Made by a program: the position numbers and the translations under genes. From the IMG/VR virus record IMGVR_UViG_3300018080_008436, positions 310,001-374,000 of that record: a DNA stretch of 64,000 nucleotides, one strand, 5' to 3'. Positions 56,963 to 64,000 of this stretch are shown piece by piece (positions within the stretch are counted from its first letter, which is position 1; the number at the start of each line of letters is the position of its first letter). Under the pieces are notes generated by a model that was not told where the DNA came from, did no database searches, and worked only from the letters and a program-made list of their open reading frames with translations.

Positions 56963-59900
56963 TTATTTTTTAGGCATAATCCATTTTTTGGTTTGGACTT
57001 CGCTCCAGCCACTATCGGCTGAGTAAACCTGAATATTTACATAATATAGTTCTCCAGGAGTCAAGTTATCTCCTCCACCATAATAGATTGAGTTCAAGTC
57101 TGTTTCAATTATACCAGAGTCCCACTTGTCGCTCAAATATGGCTGAGAACCAACAAAAATTCTTACTTTTTCAACTGTTCCGATTTCTTTGATATGTTCG
57201 TTTTTAACAACCATGGCCGTATATTCAGTGACCCCACTGTCTACCCAACCTTGGAAAGTAAAGTCTTCGAAACTCAAGAACCCAACTAACCCACTTTGAA
57301 GAACGATAACCATTTGATTATTCTGCTCGTCATAATCAACTCCAATTGATCCAAAGAAATCGATCTCCGTTTCACTTGAAGAAGGATAAATATCAACCAT
57401 ACTAAAATCAGCATCTGAGAAATCTTCGTTCGCATCATTGACTTCTGCGGCAAGCCATTCCATTCTTATTTTGTAATCTGAAGCTATTTCCAAGGTTGCT
57501 GGAACATTCCAAGCAAACACTCCAGTGTTCGGAGTTGATGAAGTTATGGTTCTCAAAAATACATCTTCTTTATATAACTCAATCTTGACAGAATCATTAA
57601 TGGACTTGTTAGATTTCCATAATATCTCGACTTCTCCACCAATTAAAACATTCTCACCACCATTAGGATATTCAATCTCTACAGGTTGTGTTGCTGGAGT
57701 CGGATTATCTTCCTCATCGGGCTTAAACAAAACATTAGGAGACGTTGTAACATTGTATTCTCCGTTCAATGTATTGTAAGCGTGATGTTGAGCGACAAAC
57801 TGATCTCCCCCAGCATCAATCTCAGACAATCCATATAAGAAGTTGTTAGAACAGAACTTACAATATCTAGCCTGACCGTTGGTGAATCTTTCATTAATCA
57901 ATAATCTAAAGAAGTCTCTATCAAGAACTCTCAAATAACTATCATCGGACCCATTTAATGCAATCATAAGTTGACCGTTACTTGAAATGTCGAAATCTGA
58001 GATTTCATATCCCTCAATTCCATAGATTGCTGTGATTGATCCGTCATACTTCCAAAGAACATTCGTCCCAGCAACAAATGTTGAATTGTAATAATCGGAT
58101 TGTACGATTTTAAACGGAGCATCGAACCCATCAACTTCACTAACAGTTGTCAAAGCATCTGGGTCGAGTTCTTGAATCTTTCCTAACTCTGGCAGTGCTG
58201 TCCATATGTTAGTATCATACCACGACATAATTTGATAAACATTATCAACAGATGTATTCTCAGTTACAAAAAGTTGAGGTTGATCAGAGTTGTCAATGAA
58301 ATGTTCAATTGTATATTTCTTAAGTTTCTCATCTGTAGTGACATACATTTGTTGCCCTTCAGGATTAACAATAATGTTCTTAATTGTACCGTCCTCAGAG
58401 GTACTAAATGCTGATGCGGCTACATTTGAGTTATATTCGATTTTATAAAGTCTGTCGTCCGAAGTTCCAGCCCAAAATGATCCTGTTGAATCTTCTAATG
58501 GATTGTAAGAAACATTTGATGAAATTGCATCAGTAATTAAGTCTTGATTCCAAGTGAATTTAGGTATGATAAATGAGTATTTTACTTGTTCGTCTTTATA
58601 TTTTTCTTCCTGAATCCTAACACTGATATTTTTAACAGGAGAGTCTTTGACAATTAGATCCACATAAAAAATGGGTTCATGTTTAATGTTGACATCATCA
58701 TCTTCTGGAACATAACAATTGCTTGCTCCAGCGATTTCCTCAACATCTGGAGGATTCAGTAGATTGTCGTAATTGAAAAATTCATTATTAACAGTTCTAA
58801 ACGAGAATTGTATTTGTTGAGTGTCGTCATCTGAATCAAATCCACTTTGTGGAGTATAGGTAAATGGAATTAAGTTGTCTGGGTTATTTCCAGCAATGAT
58901 CTGGTTTAATACTTCTGTGAACTCATCTGGTAAGCTTGAAAAAGAAGATTCAGAAGAGGAGTTCACATCCCATTCGTCTCCGTCAACATCCTCGGATATT
59001 GCAAACATTAAAGAGCCATTATAAGCAATCGCTGGTCTTCCATCTACAACAGTTAAAGAAGTCCCCTCAGTATTGTTTGTCAATGAAGAGACAACCACTG
59101 GTGTTGGCCAATTCGTGCCATTTATATCTTCAGAACGAATATATCTTAATTGAGTGTCTACAGAAGCTTGATAACTAATCGCAGGATGTCCATTCACAAT
59201 GGCTAGGGAGTTCCAAACCCCGACATAGCCACTATCAACATCTTTTATGTTCCCCGCCGACCAATTTAACCCATCAGCATCGTCTGCGATAGTGTATTTT
59301 AGCTTAAAGCCATGGACATCATAATAGCTTACACAAGGCTTGCCATTGGTGATGGCTATAGACATATATCTATAACTTCCCGAATCAATTAAAAATCTAT
59401 TTGTAGAGGTCCAGCTAGACCCATTAGCATCATCTGCCTGAAGATAAGATAAAAATGAGCTTTTTCTGTATACTACTGCTGGCTTGCCATTTACCTCTGC
59501 TAAAGAAGATTCCCTAATGAAGTCTGGAGTATTGTCAACTTGCTTGACATTTCCTGCTGACCAATTTGATCCATCAGCGTCATCTGCTATTGCATATTTG
59601 ATATATTGATTAGTCTCATCCCAATATGATATTGCTGGCTTACCATTAATTATTGCCAAAGATGGATTGTGCCCCACGTCACCAAATGAATCTACTGTTT
59701 GGTAATTCGACCAACTTGAACCATCAGCATCATCTGATTGAATATAAATGAGGTTTTCTACAACAGAGTCATAATATGCTATCGCAGGTTTTCCGTTTAC
59801 AGAGGATAATGAAACCTCAAAACTAGAAGCCCCACCAGAAGAAATAGTTTTTATATTGCTGGATGGCCAGAAAAGGCCCTCTATATCACTGGCAATGACA

Positions 59901-60016
59901 TACTTTAATTGTGAATTGTCATCATCATAATATGCAATAGCTGGCTTGCCATTAATAACCGACAAGCTGGAGCTTGTCATGGTTGTTCCGCCAGAATCTA
60001 CTGTTATAATTGCCAT
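56963..60016 (-). CDS. beta-propeller repeat protein with YPNGGE Ig-like domain
   Basis: Seven NGKPAI.Y-type blades. Confidence 0.75.
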   Translation of the reverse strand: MAIITVDSGGTTMTSSSLSVINGKPAIAYYDDDNSQLKYVIASDIEGLFWPSSNIKTISSGGASSFEVSLSSVNGKPAIAYYDSVVENLIYIQSDDADGSSWSNYQTVDSFGDVGHNPSLAIINGKPAISYWDETNQYIKYAIADDADGSNWSAGNVKQVDNTPDFIRESSLAEVNGKPAVVYRKSSFLSYLQADDANGSSWTSTNRFLIDSGSYRYMSIAITNGKPCVSYYDVHGFKLKYTIADDADGLNWSAGNIKDVDSGYVGVWNSLAIVNGHPAISYQASVDTQLRYIRSEDINGTNWPTPVVVSSLTNNTEGTSLTVVDGRPAIAYNGSLMFAISEDVDGDEWDVNSSSESSFSSLPDEFTEVLNQIIAGNNPDNLIPFTYTPQSGFDSDDDTQQIQFSFRTVNNEFFNYDNLLNPPDVEEIAGASNCYVPEDDDVNIKHEPIFYVDLIVKDSPVKNISVRIQEEKYKDEQVKYSFIIPKFTWNQDLITDAISSNVSYNPLEDSTGSFWAGTSDDRLYKIEYNSNVAASAFSTSEDGTIKNIIVNPEGQQMYVTTDEKLKKYTIEHFIDNSDQPQLFVTENTSVDNVYQIMSWYDTNIWTALPELGKIQELDPDALTTVSEVDGFDAPFKIVQSDYYNSTFVAGTNVLWKYDGSITAIYGIEGYEISDFDISSNGQLMIALNGSDDSYLRVLDRDFFRLLINERFTNGQARYCKFCSNNFLYGLSEIDAGGDQFVAQHHAYNTLNGEYNVTTSPNVLFKPDEEDNPTPATQPVEIEYPNGGENVLIGGEVEILWKSNKSINDSVKIELYKEDVFLRTITSSTPNTGVFAWNVPATLEIASDYKIRMEWLAAEVNDANEDFSDADFSMVDIYPSSSETEIDFFGSIGVDYDEQNNQMVIVLQSGLVGFLSFEDFTFQGWVDSGVTEYTAMVVKNEHIKEIGTVEKVRIFVGSQPYLSDKWDSGIIETDLNSIYYGGGDNLTPGELYYVNIQVYSADSGWSEVQTKKWIMPKK

Positions 60017-60024
60017 TCTTTACC

Positions 60025-60846
60025 TCAAGGAATCGGCTGTTCTTCTAAGTAAGCCGTACCTAATAATTTATTATTATCTCTAAAAATCTGTTGTATGTAG
60101 TAATTGACAGTATCATTTATTATAACAAAAGCATTCCCAGAACTTCTATCTATACTGACACAAGTTAAATTCTCTAATCTCTCGTCCTTCAAATCGTTCT
60201 CAATGATCTGCTGAGTATCAAAATCAACCATATAAAGAACCGAATCTGCGACAAACCATAAACGATTCAAATTAGTGTCATAATCCATCGTGAAATTCTT
60301 AGGAAGCGTTGATAGATACGGCTTCTCATATTCAATTGTGGTTGAAGGGATTGTTCCAGGAAATTCAAACTCAAACAACGTTTCGCCAATATTATTTAAT
60401 TGAGTCACTTTCTGAGTTGAAGCGTCAACAAAACTCTTTACAAAAATCGTTCGATTATTCCTGTTAAGAATAATTGAATGTGGCAAAGTGAATCCTTCAA
60501 TTGAACGAATAAAAGAATTGTCAACAGAACTTAAAGACAAAACATTCCCATTACCCGCATCGGCTATCCAATATCTTCTATTAAATGGATTCCAAGCCGT
60601 ATCTAGAGGAAAATTAAGGTCCCCATAGTCCGTTATGGATTTGATCGTTGTTGCGCTATAATCATCGTTATTTGGGTTCTGAGGGTATAGTATGACGGTT
60701 CCATCATCTAACAATGGGTAACAGGTCAAAAACGTTCCATTAATAGGGTGAATTTTAATAGATTGAACTTCATCAATATTCTCGACTGTTCTAGTTTCGA
60801 GAAGACTGATTTCTCCTAAATTAATTGTATTGATTCTATCTGACAT
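60025..60846 (-). CDS. NHL-like beta-propeller protein
   Basis: LNFP.D...WIADAGNG.V. Confidence 0.65.
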   Translation of the reverse strand: MSDRINTINLGEISLLETRTVENIDEVQSIKIHPINGTFLTCYPLLDDGTVILYPQNPNNDDYSATTIKSITDYGDLNFPLDTAWNPFNRRYWIADAGNGNVLSLSSVDNSFIRSIEGFTLPHSIILNRNNRTIFVKSFVDASTQKVTQLNNIGETLFEFEFPGTIPSTTIEYEKPYLSTLPKNFTMDYDTNLNRLWFVADSVLYMVDFDTQQIIENDLKDERLENLTCVSIDRSSGNAFVIINDTVNYYIQQIFRDNNKLLGTAYLEEQPIP

Positions 60847-62985
60847 TTAGCACCCCCAATCTCCATTTCCTCTTTCCCATTTAATAGTTACTCCATCAGT
60901 TGTCAGAATATATCCAAATTGCCCATTAGCTATCTCTGATCCTAATGTCCATGTAGCAGGGTTTATATTGTCATTAGATAAGTTTATTGGATTTTGCCAA
61001 GTTCCTGAGTAATATCCAACGTATCTATTCCAGTCACCTCCATGACCATTGTTATCATAACGAACATTAAGGTACATCCATGTACTAGTATATCCAGTAT
61101 AATATATTGACACAAAGGCATTCATATTAATTCTGTCGTCACCTTCAGTTTGCCGCCAATATTCTCCACCAGGAGGGCCAGGATTACAATTATAATTATC
61201 TGGGCAAACTTCCTGAGGTTTCCCATTTGCAAATTGGCATCCAAGGAAACTTCTTTCTGTAGGTGTCTCTCCAGACCAAGATAAAGTAACAAATATTGTT
61301 GGACCTGTATCTCCAGGACAATTGCACTGAGGAAGTCCAGACGAACTTGAGCTAGAGGTAATTCCGAGAGAGCTATCACTACTTGAGGAATCCAAAGAAC
61401 TAGAAGAACTACTTGATGTACTAGAGGAACTACCCTCTCTTGCACCAGTACATTCATACATATATGCTTTCCCAGGATTTCCATCATTATAGATATATGA
61501 ACCAATCCCTATATAATCTCCATTAACTGCAACCTCATTATATGTTTGGTTACTTGGGTTTGGTTCTGTAAAATTCTGATAAAATATCCAAGAATCATCA
61601 ATCCATCTATATAGATTTTGTCCGATTAATAGTTGATCTCCATCTATAGAAGTCTGAAATGAAGTGGAACCTAAAGAAAATCCCTGAACATAATCCCATG
61701 AATCTCCATTCCACTCATATGCATAAACATATCTTGGATTGTTTTGGGAAATTGTCATTCTATCCCCATTAATCCTTACGAGATAACCAAGCCCATCATT
61801 TGGAGTTGGCCCAGTGAAAGTTTGAATATGTTTCCATTTGCCATTTATTCTTTCATAAGCGTATGCCCTACCCCTTTCGCCATATTCTCTACGAGCACCA
61901 ACAATTGCATGATCTCCATAAATAGATACTGCGTTTCCAAAATACCCATTAGATTCTGCGTTGGGAGATGAGAGTCTTTTCTCTAGATACCATGTGCTCC
62001 CACTTCTTGCATAAATATAAGCCAACCCACCATTTGTTTCATAAGTACCTTGATATGCTCCAATAATAATCCTATCCCCACTCATATAGCATGATACGCC
62101 AAAATAATCATCAATATTAGGATCTTGTATAATTTGATGCTGAACCCATGATGATCCATTCCATCTATAAATAAATAGATATCCCTCTTCCCTTTCTGTG
62201 GTTATAGCACAATAATTTCCTCCATCATATGCAACCTGCCATCCGAAATGCCGATACAGAGAACTATCTGCTTCGATCATTTGCTTTTGAGTCCAAGAAC
62301 CATTTTCCAATTCATAATAAAAAACTTTCCCATATGAGTCCAAACTGTCATAATGACTAGCCCCAACAAACATTTTTTTACCAGAGATCTTTATTTGTGT
62401 ACCATATCTGTCACCGTTTATTGGCCCCTCAATGGCTTGTTTGTATTCGAAACACCCATCATTAAAACTTGATGACGAACTATTTGGAAGACAGGCATGT
62501 TCACAAACTTCAATTGTTTGCCCCTTCTCGTATTTAGAACTTGCGCTGAGATTGTCAAGGGTAATAACATCCTCTGCACCTTTGTTTACATAAGTTCCTT
62601 GATCAACTCCATCTATACAAACAGTTCCTTCAGGTATTACCCCCAAAAATGGAGGTGGAGAGAACCACATAGTGCCGTGAGATTGCGAAATGTTTCCGAT
62701 TGCTGTTGTTACACAAATAAGAGAGCTAGAAGAAGAAATATTCTCCAAAGATTCCGAAGATGAAGATTCCCCACCAATAGATTCAGAGCTTTCTGAAATT
62801 GAGCTTGGCATGAAGCTATCAGATGACGAACTAACAAGTTCACATTCCAAACAGGTTGAGAAAGTTCCCTCAATACTTAATGGATCAGTATCGACAGGGT
62901 CATAGGTTCTCTCAGTGTACGTATAGCACGTCCCCTCTATCCTAACTGTCTTCCCCTGATATTCTTCAAATACTATATGTCCCAT
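60847..62985 (-). CDS. FG-GAP repeat protein with poly-Ser linkers and Cys-containing C-terminal module
   Basis: YFG.AVSI.GD.AIVGA repeats. Confidence 0.8.
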   Translation of the reverse strand: MGHIVFEEYQGKTVRIEGTCYTYTERTYDPVDTDPLSIEGTFSTCLECELVSSSSDSFMPSSISESSESIGGESSSSESLENISSSSSLICVTTAIGNISQSHGTMWFSPPPFLGVIPEGTVCIDGVDQGTYVNKGAEDVITLDNLSASSKYEKGQTIEVCEHACLPNSSSSSFNDGCFEYKQAIEGPINGDRYGTQIKISGKKMFVGASHYDSLDSYGKVFYYELENGSWTQKQMIEADSSLYRHFGWQVAYDGGNYCAITTEREEGYLFIYRWNGSSWVQHQIIQDPNIDDYFGVSCYMSGDRIIIGAYQGTYETNGGLAYIYARSGSTWYLEKRLSSPNAESNGYFGNAVSIYGDHAIVGARREYGERGRAYAYERINGKWKHIQTFTGPTPNDGLGYLVRINGDRMTISQNNPRYVYAYEWNGDSWDYVQGFSLGSTSFQTSIDGDQLLIGQNLYRWIDDSWIFYQNFTEPNPSNQTYNEVAVNGDYIGIGSYIYNDGNPGKAYMYECTGAREGSSSSTSSSSSSSLDSSSSDSSLGITSSSSSSGLPQCNCPGDTGPTIFVTLSWSGETPTERSFLGCQFANGKPQEVCPDNYNCNPGPPGGEYWRQTEGDDRINMNAFVSIYYTGYTSTWMYLNVRYDNNGHGGDWNRYVGYYSGTWQNPINLSNDNINPATWTLGSEIANGQFGYILTTDGVTIKWERGNGDWGC

Positions 62986-62998
62986 TATTCACTCCTAC

Positions 62999-64000
62999 TT
63001 ATGGACAGTTCTCATTTCCTGTTGTTGGAACGTAATTCAAAGAGCCATTTTTCCAACTACCCCAAGGTTGTCCTGATCCCGAAATTGGCTCCCACTTAAT
63101 AGTAACTCCCTCTAAGTGACCCGACGTAACAGTACATTTCCCAAACATGATGTCTCTAATGTCAGTGTAAGCCGAAGCGCTACTCCCCCAAACCCCACAC
63201 AATGTTGTTGGAGATACGTTAATCATATTGTCTACATTAAAGTGAGGATTGCAACCAGTTGTTGTACCATATCCTCCACCTTCATTATAGTTCAAACCTA
63301 CATAAAACTGGGCTTGGTTATTTCTTATTATAACTGCTATGTCTGCTTCTCCTGGGCTATATCCACTTCCTTGGTCTACACTGAGTCGAACTGAGTCATC
63401 TATGGCTATTCTCCAAACTTCTCTGCCTGAAGTCCAGTAATTGCTTGGACAAATTATTTTACTCTCCCCATTTTCCCACTCTTCTCTTAAGAAAACCCTA
63501 AGACCTGGACCACTCCAACAAAGTGTCATTTTTACTCTTGGATCGGAATTCCCCTCACAATTTATCTGATCTAACGCATCGCTTTCAGAACTAGAAGAGC
63601 TAATAGAACTACTGCCCAAACTGCTCTCACTTGAGTCAGAACTGAACAAGAGACTGCTTTTACTTGATTCAGATGAAGATGTATTTCCAATACTTTCTGA
63701 GGAACTACTAATTGATTCACTAATTGAACTGATACTTTCAGTAAATAGCTCGCATGCATCATATCGCCAATTTAAGAAACCTGATGAATCTGATGAAGAA
63801 GACGGAGGATCAAAACTAGAACTCGATTCAGAAATGGTTATACTTGATTCACTTGAACTTGAATCAGATCCGACAACCCCAGAACTTGACGACTCAGAAT
63901 TTCCTAAGGAACTTGACTCGGATTGTGAACTGGAAGATTGTGAAATCGAACTTGATGACTCAGAATAATTCTCACTTGAGGAGCTAGACGAAGGACTAGA
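62999..64000 (-). CDS. Ser-rich protein with Cys-containing C-terminal module, 5' end outside the window
   Basis: Frame of the 62999..63649 ORF stays open to position 64000. Confidence 0.8.
   Translation of the reverse strand, partial: SSPSSSSSSENYSESSSSISQSSSSQSESSSLGNSESSSSGVVGSDSSSSESSITISESSSSFDPPSSSSDSSGFLNWRYDACELFTESISSISESISSSSESIGNTSSSESSKSSLLFSSDSSESSLGSSSISSSSSESDALDQINCEGNSDPRVKMTLCWSGPGLRVFLREEWENGESKIICPSNYWTSGREVWRIAIDDSVRLSVDQGSGYSPGEADIAVIIRNNQAQFYVGLNYNEGGGYGTTTGCNPHFNVDNMINVSPTTLCGVWGSSASAYTDIRDIMFGKCTVTSGHLEGVTIKWEPISGSGQPWGSWKNGSLNYVPTTGNENCP

Noticed and set aside
60847-64000. Diversity-generating retroelement target/template pair
   Set aside because: Similarity is at protein level only; no near-identical repeat with adenine-specific differences was noticed and no reverse transcriptase is in the window.
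1-64000. Cellular chromosome or eukaryotic giant virus origin
   Set aside because: Single-strand dense gene packing, Shine-Dalgarno sites, sigma70 promoters, CCA-encoding tRNAs and mostly orphan genes fit a large bacteriophage better. No capsid or terminase was identified here, so this remains an inference.

Overview
This window looks like part of a large (jumbo/huge) tailed phage genome. Every credible gene is on the minus strand, the standard code is used, bacterial RBSs and sigma70-type promoters are present, and there are no cellular housekeeping operons. In transcription order (right to left) it holds: (i) about 35 kb of very large, acidic, poly-serine-linked putative virion/fibre proteins (beta-propeller, FG-GAP, LamG, LRR, split vWA, HxH motifs) with a sulfotransferase; (ii) a DNA metabolism block (phosphoesterase, SF2 helicase, adenine MTase, initiator-like, DnaC-like, DnaB, primase Zn finger, dCMP deaminase), two glycosyltransferases, ClpC-like ATPase and DnaJ; (iii) an RNA-rich region. 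The RNA region has 15 readable tRNAs for only Ser, Leu, Tyr and Cys, plus three aberrant tRNA-like genes. The main finding is an unannotated 25-codon leader peptide with terminator/antiterminator upstream of the tRNA array. Its 13-codon sensor tract contains a cognate codon for every anticodon type encoded, suggesting a ribosome-stalling attenuator that switches on phage tRNA synthesis. There is also a ~208-nt RNase P RNA reduced almost to its catalytic domain, and a G-U-rich orphan ncRNA. All calls come from manual reading and hand folding; no searches were run.
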